From the NCBI GenBank assembly GCA_963823665.1, contig CAWGMQ010000003.1:320001-384000 (forward strand): a stretch of 64,000 bases of DNA. The letters are read 5' to 3'. The translations under genes were made by a program, and so were the position numbers. Below, in pieces: positions 30,598 to 41,265 of the stretch. Numbering within the stretch: position 1 is the stretch's first letter; every line of letters begins with the position of its first letter. The notes below the pieces were generated by a model. It did no database searches and was not told the origin of the DNA. It saw nothing but the letters and a program-made list of their open reading frames with translations. This stretch comes from an uncultured Planctomycetota bacterium. GTDB lineage: Bacteria; Planctomycetota; Planctomycetia; Isosphaerales; Isosphaeraceae.

Positions 30598-32244
30598 ATG
30601 AATCCGTCGCGGCAGGCCGCAGAACCGCGAAGAGGAAACGGGCAGGAGGAACCGGACGGATCCCCCGGCCACGAGCGCCCCGCCACGACGGTTAGCGGCC
30701 GTCTTATTGATCGTCTGTACACTGCACTGGACGTGGACGCTGGGAATGAGATCGGACTGCCCGGCGAGTATCCGTTTACTCGCGGCGTGCACGAGAGCAT
30801 GTATCGCGGGCGGCTGTGGACGATGCGGCAGTTTGCCGGTTTCGGAACGCCGCGGGAGACGAACGAGCGGTTCAAGTTCCTGCTGGAGAAGGGTCAAACG
30901 GGGCTTTCGACCGCGTTTGACCTGCCCACGCTGATGGGGCTCGATAGCGACAACCCGCGCGCCGCCGGCGAAGTGGGCCGGCTGGGCGTCGCGATGGACA
31001 CGATCGACGACATGCTCGCGCTGTTCGACGGCATCAACCTCGAGCAGGTGTCGGTGTCCATGACCATCAACGCGCCGGCGATCGTCGTGATGGCGTTCTA
31101 CCTCGCCGCCGCGGAAGACCGCGGTTTCAACTGGCAGGCGCTCCGGGGCACGATTCAGAACGACATGCTGAAGGAGTTTCACTCTCAGAACGAGTTCGTG
31201 TTTCCGCCCGAACCGAGCGTGCGTCTGGTCTGCGACGTGATCGAATTCTGCGCCGGGCATGTGCCGCAATGGAACCCGGTATCGATTTCCGGCTATCACA
31301 TCCGCGAGGCTGGATCGACCGCAGCGCAGGAGCTCGCGTTCACGCTTGCCGACGGGTTCCACTACGTTGAGCAGTGCCTGGAGCGCGGGATGGCGGTGGA
31401 CGACTTCGCGCCGCGGCTTTCGTTCTTCTTCAACGCACACAATGACCTGTTCGAAGAAGCCGCCAAGTATCGCGCCGCGCGCGCGCTTTGGGCCGAGGCG
31501 ATGCGGCATCGCTATCACGCGAAAAACGAGGCTTCGTGGAAGCTGCGATGCCACGCCCAGACCGCCGGTTGCTCGCTCCAGAACAAACAGCCCGAGGTCA
31601 ATTTGATAAGGGTGGCCTATCAGGCGCTTGCCGCCGTTCTGGGCGGCTGCCAGTCACTCCATACCAACAGCATGGACGAGACCCTGGCCCTGCCATCGGA
31701 ACATGCCGTCACGCTCGCGCTGCGCACCCAGCAAGTTCTGGCGTACGAGACGGGTGTCACCAACACGGTCGACCCGCTCGGGGGCAGCTACTTCGTCGAG
31801 GCCCTGACGCGAGCGCTCTGCGACGACGCTCGGTCATATTTCGACCGCATCGAATCCTGTGGCGGGATGATTGCGGCCATTGAAGCCGGATTTTTCCGTC
31901 GTGAGATCGCCGATGCCGCGTTTGCTTATCAGCGCGAAGTCGACGCCCGGCGGAAGCTGATCGTCGGTGTCAATGCGTTCGTCGAGCCGGACGAGAAGCC
32001 GCTCGAGACCCTCATCGTGGATGACGAGGCGGAGCGATCACAGGTTGCCGCGCTACGTGAACGGCGGGCGAGTGCTAGTAGGGGCGAGATCGAGCGCTCG
32101 CTCTCCGCGGTTCGTCGCGCCGCGGCCGCCAAGGAGAACCTGGTCGGCCCGTTGCTCGATGCCGCGAGGGCCCGGGCGAGCGTCGGCCAGATCATGAACT
32201 CGCTCGAGCAAGTTTTCGGCCGCTACCACGCTAAAATCGCCTAG
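30598..32244 (+). CDS. icmA: B12-dependent acyl-CoA mutase large subunit, isobutyryl-CoA mutase type
   Basis: PGEYPFTRG, WTMRQFAGF, GLSTAFDLPT, GTIQND, SISGYHIREAG, QSLHTN; Phe and Gln at the positions of Tyr89 and Arg207 of methylmalonyl-CoA mutase. Confidence 0.85.
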   Translation: MNPSRQAAEPRRGNGQEEPDGSPGHERPATTVSGRLIDRLYTALDVDAGNEIGLPGEYPFTRGVHESMYRGRLWTMRQFAGFGTPRETNERFKFLLEKGQTGLSTAFDLPTLMGLDSDNPRAAGEVGRLGVAMDTIDDMLALFDGINLEQVSVSMTINAPAIVVMAFYLAAAEDRGFNWQALRGTIQNDMLKEFHSQNEFVFPPEPSVRLVCDVIEFCAGHVPQWNPVSISGYHIREAGSTAAQELAFTLADGFHYVEQCLERGMAVDDFAPRLSFFFNAHNDLFEEAAKYRAARALWAEAMRHRYHAKNEASWKLRCHAQTAGCSLQNKQPEVNLIRVAYQALAAVLGGCQSLHTNSMDETLALPSEHAVTLALRTQQVLAYETGVTNTVDPLGGSYFVEALTRALCDDARSYFDRIESCGGMIAAIEAGFFRREIADAAFAYQREVDARRKLIVGVNAFVEPDEKPLETLIVDDEAERSQVAALRERRASASRGEIERSLSAVRRAAAAKENLVGPLLDAARARASVGQIMNSLEQVFGRYHAKIA

Positions 32245-32300
32245 GCCGGCACTTGATGCTGACTCTGCTGTCGAACACGGAACAGAGCGAGACAGGGCCG

Positions 32301-32709
32301 ATGGCCAATGTTGCACCGCCAGCTCGTGTCGTCCTTGCAAAAGTCGGCCTCGACGGTCACGATCGCGGCGTCAAGATTGTGGCGAGGGGACTTCGCGATG
32401 CGGGGTTCCATGTGATCTACGCAGGGTTGTGGCAGTCGCCCGCGGCCGTCGCACGCGCGGTGGCGGATGAGGACGCCGACTGGTTGGGCCTCAGCCTTTT
32501 GAGTGGGGCACACATGACACTGGTGCCGCGCGTGCAAGACGCGCTGCGGCAGGCCGGAGTGGGCGACGCTGGCTTGCTGGTGGGTGGAATTATTCCCGAC
32601 GAGGACGTGCCCAGACTGATTCAGCTTGGAGTGGCCCGTGTGTTCGGGCCGGGAACGCGGCTGGATGAGATCGGCGAGTTTCTGCGGCGCAGGGAACACG
32701 CGCCCGTGA
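32301..32709 (+). CDS. icmB: Cobalamin-binding subunit of acyl-CoA mutase (end uncertain, possibly fused to MeaB)
   Basis: AKVGLDGHDRG (DxHxxG), SLLSGAH, VGGIIP, FGPG. Confidence 0.85.
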
Positions 32710-33456
32710 ACCCTTTCTGGAACACTTCCCTCAACATGATCGGAACGCGCTTAGCCGTCTGCTGTCGCTGGCGGCACGCGGGGAAAATATCGAGACGATT
32801 GCTCAAACACTCGGGAACGCTCGATCGGCGGGCGGGCGGCCGCGGGTCATTGCCGTTACCGGCAGCGGCGGCGTGGGCAAGAGCACGCTGATCGGCAGGC
32901 TCATCGAGGTGGCCCGGTCGGCGGGGCGGTCAGTCGCCGTGCTGGCGTGCGATCCGCAGAGCTCGCTAACCGGGGGGCTCTACTTGGCGATCGGATCCGG
33001 ATGCCGAGCCGGATCGACGACCAGGCGGTCTTCGTCCGAAGTCTGGCCACGCCGGCCGGTCATTCGGGTGTCGCACCTCATGTCGATCGCATGATCGGAC
33101 TCTTTGGCCGCTTCGGATTTGACACCGTGATTGTGGAGACCGTCGGGGCCGGACAGGGCGACACGGCCGTTCGCGAGGTCGCTGACGTGGTCGTCGTGCT
33201 AGTCCAGCCGGAGACCGGCGATGACCTCCAGTGGGAAAAGGCCGGCCAGCTCGAGATCGCCGACATCGTCGTGGTGCACAAGTGCGATCTGGCGGGAGCG
33301 GAGCAGATCGAGTCGCGGCTCCGAGAATTGCTGAACTTGCCCGGATGCCGGAATGTTCCGGTGGTGCGAGTCAGCTCGAGCAACGGGGTTGGGCTGCCGG
33401 AGCTGTGGGCGGCCGTCGAGGATTGCCCGGGGCCCAAAGCGCCGCAGGCGAACTGA
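32706..33456 (+). CDS. meaB: MeaB/ArgK family GTPase chaperone; frameshifts near 32715 and 32975
   Basis: DRNALSRLLS, TGSGGVGKST, DPQS..TGGALLGDRIRM, VETVGAGQ, KAG.LEIAD, HKCD. Confidence 0.9.
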
Positions 33457-33520
33457 CGGCGCGGCTTTTCGAGGGCGCGGCGCGGCTCCCGGTGGGGATG
33501 GGGCGCGACCTTCGCTCGCC

Positions 33521-33546
33521 CGGCTCGGCGGGGAGCCTCGCACTCC
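33521..33546. repeat. REP-like repeat (second copy at 57109-57133)
   Basis: CGGCTCGGCGGGGAGCCTCGCACTCC vs CGGCTCGGCAGGAGCCTCGCAATCC; lies between convergent genes. Confidence 0.6.
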
Positions 33547-33573
33547 CGGCGCGCTCATCCGGGCTGCTGTGGC

Positions 33574-35007
33574 TCAGGCGTCGTCATCCGTGCGACATTC
33601 GAGCTTGCCGTCTTGCACCGCCTGCTTGAAGCTTTCGTAATCGCTTTCGACCTGGTCGGCATAGCCTGCGGCGAACGTTGCGATCGCTTGGTCGAAGGTG
33701 TCGGCCTTGCCGAGATAGCCGCTGATCAATGCGGGCTCGCCGGAGCGGCCGTGGGCGCGAGCGAGTGTCGCCCCGCACCAATCGCCGAAGATGACCATCT
33801 TGGCCGCCTTGAACTCCTCGATCGGGAACTTGAGCTTCATGTCGCGCAACTGGCGCACGTAGAAATGGCGGCCGCTCGAGTCGTGCGTCCAACCCAGAAA
33901 AATGTCACTCGCGGACTGCATGAGCCGGTGCCCTTTCACGACTCGCTGTCCATGGTTCGGATAGATGCTCGGGCCGGCATAGGGTTCGAGAACTGAGGCG
34001 CGCGCTTCCTTGACCTGGAGGAAGAGCGGATCTTTTTCGCCGGCCATCAAGAGCGCAACGCTGCAAACGGTGCCGACGCTGCCGACTCCCACCACCTTGA
34101 TGGCCTTGTCTTTCAGGGCATAGCGGTCGAGGAGGACGCGCCGGTGGTCGGGCAGCGACTCGCGGTAGCGGGAGAAGACCTCGCCGATCTGGGCGTAGAA
34201 TTCGTCCTCCCCGCGCTCGAGGTGGTGGTAAATGAACGGCGGGTTGTCCTTGATGGCCGGGGTTTCGCCGGAGGTGTCGGCGAGCTTCGGGAAGACGTCC
34301 TCGACGATGCAGACGTTTTTTGCCTTCTCGACGATCTTGCGCGTGTGCGCCCGGACACCATCATCCTCAATCTCCGCGATGAGCTTCTCAACCTCGAAGC
34401 GGGCGTACCACACGTCGAGAGCCCGCATTCTGCTGAACCGCGCCATGGCTTTTCGATAGGACCGGACGCAGGTGAGCACTGCTTCGCGAGCGAGCTTGTC
34501 GCCGAAGCCGTTGTCGCGGCATGCCAGGACAAAGCTGGCGGCCAGACGTTTGACGTCCCATTCCCAGGGCGCCGGGAGAGTTTCATCCAGGTCGTGAATG
34601 TCGAAGATGAGTCGCCGCTCGGGTGTGGCGAAGCAACGGAAGTTGCCGAGGTGGGCGTCGCCGCAGGCCTGGACGCGAAAGCCCGTCGTGGGCGTGGCTG
34701 CGAGGTCGACTACCATGTTGAGCGCGGTGCCGCGATAATATGTGAACGGCGAGGCCAGCATGCGGCCGTGGCGCAGGGGAATCAACTCAGCGATTCGCCC
34801 GGCATTGCCTTGCTCGACGAGCGCGACGGGGTCCGGCCGGTCCAGCGGCGGGCTCCAATCGGCGTGCGAGCTGCGCGGGCATTGCTTGCGCATGGTCTCG
34901 CCCTGCGCGATCAGCTCGGCCCGTGAAGGTCGCGGGGCGAACGTGCGAAAACCGTCAATCGACGGTGAGTGAACCTGGCCGTCGGGCGTGTCGAGAAGCT
35001 GGTTCAT
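33574..35007 (-). CDS. DUF2252 domain protein
   Basis: RHGRM..SPF.YYRG, CGDAHLGNF, DLDE, PWEWDVKRL, KVVGVGSVGT, LQVKEA, YVRQLRDMK, LARAH motifs. Confidence 0.9.
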   Translation of the reverse strand: MNQLLDTPDGQVHSPSIDGFRTFAPRPSRAELIAQGETMRKQCPRSSHADWSPPLDRPDPVALVEQGNAGRIAELIPLRHGRMLASPFTYYRGTALNMVVDLAATPTTGFRVQACGDAHLGNFRCFATPERRLIFDIHDLDETLPAPWEWDVKRLAASFVLACRDNGFGDKLAREAVLTCVRSYRKAMARFSRMRALDVWYARFEVEKLIAEIEDDGVRAHTRKIVEKAKNVCIVEDVFPKLADTSGETPAIKDNPPFIYHHLERGEDEFYAQIGEVFSRYRESLPDHRRVLLDRYALKDKAIKVVGVGSVGTVCSVALLMAGEKDPLFLQVKEARASVLEPYAGPSIYPNHGQRVVKGHRLMQSASDIFLGWTHDSSGRHFYVRQLRDMKLKFPIEEFKAAKMVIFGDWCGATLARAHGRSGEPALISGYLGKADTFDQAIATFAAGYADQVESDYESFKQAVQDGKLECRTDDDA

Positions 35008-35127
35008 GGGAGAACGATTCCGCTACCTGTCGTGAGGGGCTTTCGACGCATTTTAATCGAGCAATGGTGGCGGAAGCGAGAACGTGCCGTTCTTCCGGCT
35101 CCTCGTTGCCGGGCGAGGGGTGAGCGT

Positions 35128-35951
35128 TCATGACGTGTGGAAAATGTCGCTGACTTCCAGAGAGCTGGCGGCCTCGTCCGCGAAAGCGAAGGTGCCGTTG
35201 TCGCGCATTTCGCGTGCGGCGCGAAGAAAGGCACCAGCGCAGCCCGACAGAGCGAGCTGCCGACGCTGACGCGTTTTACACCGAGGGATGACAGCTCGGC
35301 GAGGCTGAGTCGAACGCCGTGCAGCCCCATCAGGACGTTCACGGGCCGATCCACTGAACGGACCACGGCGGCGATTTCGTCCTTGCTGCCGAGGCAAGGG
35401 GCGTAGAGGACGTGGGCGCCCGCCTCCTGATAAGCTTGCAGCCGGGAGATGGTGTCTTTCAGATCAGGCCGGCCGTGCAAGTAGTTTTCGGCGCGGCCGG
35501 TCAGGGTGAAGGCGAAGGGGAGTGAGCGAGCCGCCTCGGCTGCGGCGCGGATTCTGTCGGCCGCGTGCTGCTTGTCGTAGATCGGATCATCTGGGCGGTT
35601 GGTTGCGTCTTCGATCGAGCAGCCAACGACGCCAGCCTCCGCGGCGAGGCGGATGGTTTCCGCGACGAACGCTGGGGCGTCACCATAGCCGTTTTCGAGA
35701 TCGGCGCTCACGGGCAGCTCGGTGGATTTTGCAATAGCCGCCACGTGTTCCAGCATCCGCTCGCGGCCGATCGTGGTATCCCGCTGGCCAACAGAGAAGG
35801 CGTAGCCCATGCTGGTGGTGGCGAGGGCTTCGAAACCCAAGTGTTCCAGGATCCGCGCGGTGCCGATATCCCAGGGATTGGGGATGATGAACGCTTTGTC
35901 GCGCTCGTGGAGTTTTTGAAAGGCGTGCGCCTTTTGTGCCTGGGTTGACAT
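35128..35951 (-). CDS. Isocitrate lyase/PEP mutase family protein; frameshift near 35235
   Basis: PNPWD, GFEALATTS, PVSADLENGYG, GCSIED, LTGRAE, AGAHVLYAP, GVKRVSVG. Confidence 0.9.
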
Positions 35952-36061
35952 GGTCTTTCGCCTCCATCTGCTGTGGCAATTCTGGTGGACGCAGCGCGAG
36001 CGCGCTGACGGTCTTGGCTCATCGCGGGTGCGAGCCGGGACGGCGGTGCAGCGTATCCATT

Positions 36062-36898
36062 TCACTCACGCGGAGCCTGAAATTTCCAGCCCTCGGGTTT
36101 CCGGGGTTCGAACGAACTGTCGGCGAACACCGGGTCGATTGAGACTGCGAGGAAGGTGTAACGCAGGATCTCCCTGCCGCCGCTGCCTGTGTGGTATTCG
36201 AGTGAAACCGGCAAGAATCGCTCGCTGTGAAGCGTGATGAGCACCGAGCTGTACGACAACTTCAGCAGTGGCTCAAGCGGCGTTGCGCGAATGATGAGCC
36301 GTCTCGGGTCGGTGCTTTCGAGCAGCTCGAAACGGAACCGCTTTCTTTGAGTGACGTCGCTGAAGCCGATCAAGAACTGCAAGGGATCGATTTCTTTCGG
36401 GTCGCGCAGCGCGGGGAAGATCAAGTCGAAGCGGCTTCCGAGCAAGAAGCGTGGCAGCGGCATTGTCTTCATCCAGTCGCGAAATTCGGCGTAGCCTTGC
36501 ACCTCGCTCGGCTGCATGACCTCGATCTCTTTCTTGTATGTGTGATAAAACCAAACTTCCTTTCCGGTCCACAAGAATCGGTAGACTGGATCCGTCTTGT
36601 TCTTCCGCCTGACCTCGACCACGTCGAGCACGGCCTGGCCGTTTTTTTTCCACTTCAACGTGTAACGGTATTCCACTGTCCCGAAGCCGAGGCCTCTGCC
36701 TGTGCGGGCGAACTGGGTGGAGATCGAGTTGATTTGCGAGGAACTTCGAGACCAGGCGGCGAGGACTTCGCTCAGGTCGTCTCTTGCGGGTGGTTGCTGT
36801 TTCGGTGATTGTGCACACGCGGCGGTGGTGGCAGCGAGTGCGAGCGCCAGCGAGACGGCCAGCGCGCAAAGAAACCTGAGATGGCGCATCGCTTTCAT
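36062..36898 (-). CDS. Secreted LolA-like fold protein (planctomycete type)
   Basis: Signal peptide; L..VL..W...S..I.S.S..F.R, TGKEVWFY, PLQFLIG, F.P..PEGWK; GGAGG RBS. Confidence 0.65.
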   Translation of the reverse strand: MKAMRHLRFLCALAVSLALALAATTAACAQSPKQQPPARDDLSEVLAAWSRSSSQINSISTQFARTGRGLGFGTVEYRYTLKWKKNGQAVLDVVEVRRKNKTDPVYRFLWTGKEVWFYHTYKKEIEVMQPSEVQGYAEFRDWMKTMPLPRFLLGSRFDLIFPALRDPKEIDPLQFLIGFSDVTQRKRFRFELLESTDPRRLIIRATPLEPLLKLSYSSVLITLHSERFLPVSLEYHTGSGGREILRYTFLAVSIDPVFADSSFEPRKPEGWKFQAPRE

Positions 36899-37113
36899 CC
36901 CTCCGTTCCAGCTTGGTGAGGTCGACCTGGTCGAGCGCGAGTCTCAGGGCACGGGGAGGCAGGAACGCCACGTGCCGGCTGCGATGCGAGGGCGCGCGCG
37001 TCACTTTACCAAACCCGGGGAGAAAGCCAATGCGAAAAGACGCACGCGCGGATGATCGCAACGGCGTGCGACGTCGGAGGTTCCCCTTCCGAACCACGGT
37101 CTCACGAACGTGA

Positions 37114-38797
37114 TCACGCTGCCTTGTTGCGCTGCGATTCCTTCGGCTCGAGGAGGCCTGAAAGCCAGTGGAGAATGTTAAGCGCGAGCTGCTTGTTGTC
37201 GATGTCACCGGCGTTCATGCCCATCTTGAACGTGCCGTCGCCGGCGACCTGGGCCGAGAGCATCGCGGCTTCCCCGAGAACAACGACCCTTCCCTTGCCA
37301 TATGCAAATGCCAGCCCTTGCGCCCTTCCGGCGGCCGAGACTTCGTTGCCGTCGATGTGATCGACGGCCGTATCGGCGAGCTTCATGATGGGGAGGCTTC
37401 CCGGCGGCCCCTTGAGCGACTGGCCGGTGAACGTGCGGACGCGGCTGATCCGTTCGGAGTCATTACGACCCCGCGTGATCGGGTGGTCGGCCAGGAGCTT
37501 GTTTGCCTGGGTAAACATCAGGGAGGCCGGGCGATCCTCGGCACAGTTCGCCTCGTCGGTAGTCGCCCCCTTGCTCATGCCGACATCGAACTTCCTGGCG
37601 AGACACTCGGCGGCCGAGCCCATCGGGGCGTGATCCGTGATCAAGAGCAGCGATCCGCCGCCTTCGACCCACTGGCGCACAACTTCGCATTCGATGTCGG
37701 TGAACGCTGGATTCGCCGCGTCGGGGTCACCCATACTCGCGGCACCGAGCGCATTGGCGATCACGAGGATTTCGCACGGCTCAAGCGAATTCTTGGTGAA
37801 CTGCGCAGCCGTTCGGAACAACCTTACAGCCGTCATTCGCGGCGAGCTCTGCGAACGGCTTGTAGCGGCCGCCCGCGGTGTGAAAATTGTGATGGGCTTC
37901 GTCGATCCAGACCCGAGGGTGGCTCTCGGTGTAGGCCGGCTTTGCGACCTTCACGTCGAAATTGGGATCGGCCCGCTGGCCCCCGACGACACCCAGGGCG
38001 ACGCCCACGCGCCGCGTCAACATTTCCACGTCATCATTGGCGCCAGGCGTGGGAATCTCGAACGGTGTGCCGAGCATCTTCTGATACGCGGCGTTCTGTC
38101 GCTCGCTCAAGACGGCCGCGACCCGAGCCATCATGGCAGCCCGCGCGGCGAGAATACGCTGGCGGCCCGCTCGAGCGGTTTCGGTGAACTGCGGTGTCTG
38201 CACGTAAGCGCGAACCTCGTCGAGCGTGACGGGGCCGCTATCCGCCTTCGGTTTCAGCGCGACGGGCACCTCGGAGGCCTTGAAGATCTGCTGCCTTCCC
38301 TCATCCGCGATTTTCTTGATGCGTTCGGCTTGGTCCCGGGAGAGCTCGAGCGTTTTTTGAACGTCCGGCCGCTCGAAGGCCATCGCGTTCTGCACCTGAA
38401 GCTGAACCTGATTCAGGCGATCGTGCTGGTCCGGGGTCAGGCTTTGCTCGAGTGCCGCCTGGGCCTCGTTCCATATCGCGTCGCGAGCCTCGGCGGCTTC
38501 CTTGGACTGTAGGCTCTTCTTGCTCGTTCGCAAATCCTGCATCTTCTTCTGGAGCTTTTCGATCGTTTTCTGACGGAGTGCATCGTGCTGTTGCTTCTGG
38601 GAGTCTGTGATCTTGAGCTCGGCCTGAACTTCGGGAAGGCTGACAAGGGTGTTTTTCTCGAGCAGATTGGGGAGCTGGCCGAGACCGGCAAATACCTGAG
38701 CGGTCACCGGCGGTGTGTCTGGCGGCTGCTGGGCGAGGGCAGCCGTGAAAAAGAATGCGGCGGTGGTGAGAGCGATCAGCAGGTGCTTTCGCGACAT
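37114..38797 (-). CDS. Secreted protein: helical VQxELKxTxxQ repeats + DUF4350/GATase-like domain; frameshift near 37805
   Basis: Signal MSRKHLLIAL; PEVQAELKITDSQ and PDVQKTLELSRDQ; QRADPNFD...IDEAHHNFHT..GRY; GGSLLLITDH; GKGRVVVLGEAAM; NKQLALN. Confidence 0.7.
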
Positions 38798-38900
38798 CGA
38801 ACCGACTCCGGCTGGAGACACGCACGTCAGACACTGGTAGACCCAGTGCCACACAGGGTCGTTCCCTCTTTTACCAATGTACGAGACGCGGTACAACCGA

Positions 38901-39559
38901 TCAGCGTGCTGCGACGTCGGGATGGGATGCGGCAAGGTTGGCCGACGGCTTGCCGAAGCCCTGCAACAGGTCTTGCACCTGTCGCCGGGCGAGATCGCTG
39001 CCCAGGGGCGCTCGCGGTAAAGGTAGTCGAGCGTGGAAACGATGATCAAGCCGCGGCAGGCCGTGCAGCAGGGGTCGACGCGATCACGCGCGATGAGGCC
39101 CGCTTCGGCCAGCCGCCGCACGGCCGACTCCGTCCACGAAAGTAAACTGTCGCGAAATGACTCGAGCTCGCTCGCGATATTCGAGCCGGGTGGACCGAAT
39201 AAAACAGAGTAAATGAACCGGCCGCGATCCGGGTCCTCGCGAAACGTGACGTAGCGAGCCTCGATCACTTGCTCGAGGCAAGCGATGGGATCCTTGACCG
39301 TCTTGACGATGTGCCGTAGCGTACCGACCAGGTTTGAAAGCGGCACCATCAAGAGCGCCGAGGCCAGGCCTTCCTTGCTATGAAAGTGATAGTAGAGCGT
39401 GGGTTTGGCAACTCCGGCCGCCTCGACAATCTCGCGCACCGACGTCGCTTCGTAGCCCCGATCGGCGAAGAGCCGGGCAGCCACCCGCGCAACGTGGCGG
39501 GCCGACGCGGCCATCTCGACGCTGGCCGGAGCCACCTTTGTATTGACTGTCGTGCGCAT
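38901..39559 (-). CDS. TetR/AcrR family transcriptional regulator; frameshift near 39005
   Basis: AARLFADRGYEATSVREIVEAAGVAKPTLYYHFHSKEGL; the shifted frame ends ...DVAAR* at 38901. Confidence 0.85.
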
Positions 39560-39593
39560 GTCTTGATCCTAACGAATATGAAATCGACAATGC

Positions 39594-39609
39594 TACCGAC
39601 CGGTAGGTA
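39594..39609. promoter_or_regulatory. Putative TetR operator near the start site of a minus-strand TTGACT promoter
   Basis: Near-palindrome TACCGACC-GGTAGGTA about 35 nt upstream of tetR. Confidence 0.55.
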
Positions 39610-39669
39610 TTGTGCAACAACTCGCGGTGTGAAGTCAACAGATGGAACGAGGACTTGCGGCAGGTGACC

Positions 39670-40221
39670 ATGACGCGATCGGCGACCCAGTTCACTATTC
39701 GAGGCCTGCAAATTGTCGTGCTTGGTGCGGCGGGCGTGTTCACGCTCTGGCTTTACACCGACCCGCTGCGCTACTCGCGCGAACTTGTGGCGGTGCTGTT
39801 CTGCCCGCTCATGTGCGCCGTCATGCTCCTGATTGTTTTCGGACCGCGGGGTGGCCGGCTGTTCGGATTGGGATTCGTTCTGGGATTCGTGCTCGAAAAC
39901 GCGGTGATGACGTACTTCACAAGTCACGGTCTCGTGAGGTTCTCGACCACGAACCTCGAGCCGCTGGGCTGGTACCCGCTCGAGATACCGATTGAACGGT
40001 TCATTCTGCGGAATGGTTTGGCGCGCGCCGGAGCGGCATCGGTCCTGGCGACGTTTGCGGCGATGGTTGTATCGGGAATTCTGTGCGGGGCACTTGTGCT
40101 CACGATTGGCGAGAAACTGGCGAATGTGCTCGGGGCGAGGCGACGGGACCAGTTGGCCGCGGGTGAGAGCGATCAGAACCAGGGGAGTCGGGCAAGCGTG
40201 ACGACGAGCAAAATTATGTAG
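39670..40221 (+). CDS. Hypothetical membrane protein
   Basis: QFTIRGLQIVVL N-terminal motif, about 4 TM helices. Confidence 0.65.
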   Translation: MTRSATQFTIRGLQIVVLGAAGVFTLWLYTDPLRYSRELVAVLFCPLMCAVMLLIVFGPRGGRLFGLGFVLGFVLENAVMTYFTSHGLVRFSTTNLEPLGWYPLEIPIERFILRNGLARAGAASVLATFAAMVVSGILCGALVLTIGEKLANVLGARRRDQLAAGESDQNQGSRASVTTSKIM

Positions 40222-40544
40222 AGTAGCGGGAACAGCACAATCACCGGCGCGAAGATGAGAAGGCGGTGGAATCGCTTGCCTGCGCTCGGCGGTTTGAGAA
40301 TGCCTCGGACGATGACGAATGCCAGCGCGATGTAATAAACGATGGTCGCCTCAGCCAGTAGCATAAACCCAGTCACGAAGAGGTCGCCAAATCGGGGGGT
40401 TATCAAGTTCACCATTAGCTGGATGGTCGGGATCCAGAGCGAGAAGAGCAATGCGAACACGGCGACCGCGACCATCATTCCGCTGAGCGAGAAGCGGAAA
40501 CGACGGCTTGGCGAGTCGGGGGTCGAATGGATAGGCTCAGACAT
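40173..40544 (-). CDS. Hypothetical small membrane protein
   Basis: RRFRFSLSGMMVAVAVFALLF N-terminal motif, 3 TM helices. Confidence 0.65.
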   Translation of the reverse strand: MSEPIHSTPDSPSRRFRFSLSGMMVAVAVFALLFSLWIPTIQLMVNLITPRFGDLFVTGFMLLAEATIVYYIALAFVIVRGILKPPSAGKRFHRLLIFAPVIVLFPLLYIILLVVTLARLPWF

Positions 40545-40619
40545 CGTTACCATCATCTTGATCGTCGGGCTGTCGAACTTCAGCCCAAATCGAGACCAAA
40601 TTCGAGAGGGTACACGGCG

Positions 40620-41075
40620 ATGAATTACATGCGAGCGGTCACGCCCGAGATTGTCATTGCAGACCAGCCGACCGAAGCCGATCTTGTCGAGCTCAAGAAG
40701 CAAGGGTTCAGCGGGATCGTCAACCTGCGGAATGACGGTGAGCCCGACCAGCCGATGAATTCATCACAGGAGGGGGAAAAGGCTCGTGCGCTGGGGTTCG
40801 ATTATCTCCACTATGGCGTGGGGAGTGCGCCCCTCTCCGAGCAGGGCGTAGCCGCGGTTTGCGACTTCATTGAACAACATGTCCAGGGCGCGAGCAAGGT
40901 GCTCGTGCATTGCCGGAGAGGACCGCGGGCCGCGGCGCTGGTCGTGCTCCAGCAAGCGCGGGCGAACAACTGGAATGCGTCGGACGTGATCTCGAAGGGC
41001 AAGGCGATGGGGCTTGAGGTCGAAGGGGGCCTCAAGACGCTGGTTGAGAGTTATTTGAAACAGGGCGCCGGTTGA
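40620..41075 (+). CDS. DUF442/BLH-like protein (PTP-fold phosphatase or sulfurtransferase)
   Basis: QPT..DL..L...GF..IVNLR..GE and VLVHCRRGPRA (CX4R loop). Confidence 0.8.
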   Translation: MNYMRAVTPEIVIADQPTEADLVELKKQGFSGIVNLRNDGEPDQPMNSSQEGEKARALGFDYLHYGVGSAPLSEQGVAAVCDFIEQHVQGASKVLVHCRRGPRAAALVVLQQARANNWNASDVISKGKAMGLEVEGGLKTLVESYLKQGAG

Positions 41076-41161
41076 TTCCGAATGGGCGGACGGCGGCGGG
41101 TCTGCTGGGCTGCTCAAAGCAGGTGGAATGAACCGGGTGCTTTTGGAGTCGTCCGCACTCG

Positions 41162-41196
41162 ATCCCCCCTAACCCCCCTTCTCAAGGGGGGGAAAC
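41162..41196. repeat. C6TT-N3-AAG6 hairpin repeat between convergent genes (possible bidirectional terminator)
   Basis: ATCCCCCCTAACCCCCCTT-CTC-AAGGGGGGG. Confidence 0.55.
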
Positions 41197-41265
41197 AGAG
41201 CGCGCCTCCTTCCTTCCTCACGGGGGAATCAGAGCGTGAGTCGCCGCCATGGCGGGATGGGCTGG

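Noticed and set aside
32970..32980. Programmed ribosomal frameshift in meaB
   Set aside because: Simple G-run indel, consistent with the window-wide error pattern
37781..39559. 592-aa apparent TetR-secreted protein fusion
   Set aside because: Produced by a frameshift near 39005; TetR ends at 38901 and the next gene has its own RBS and signal peptide
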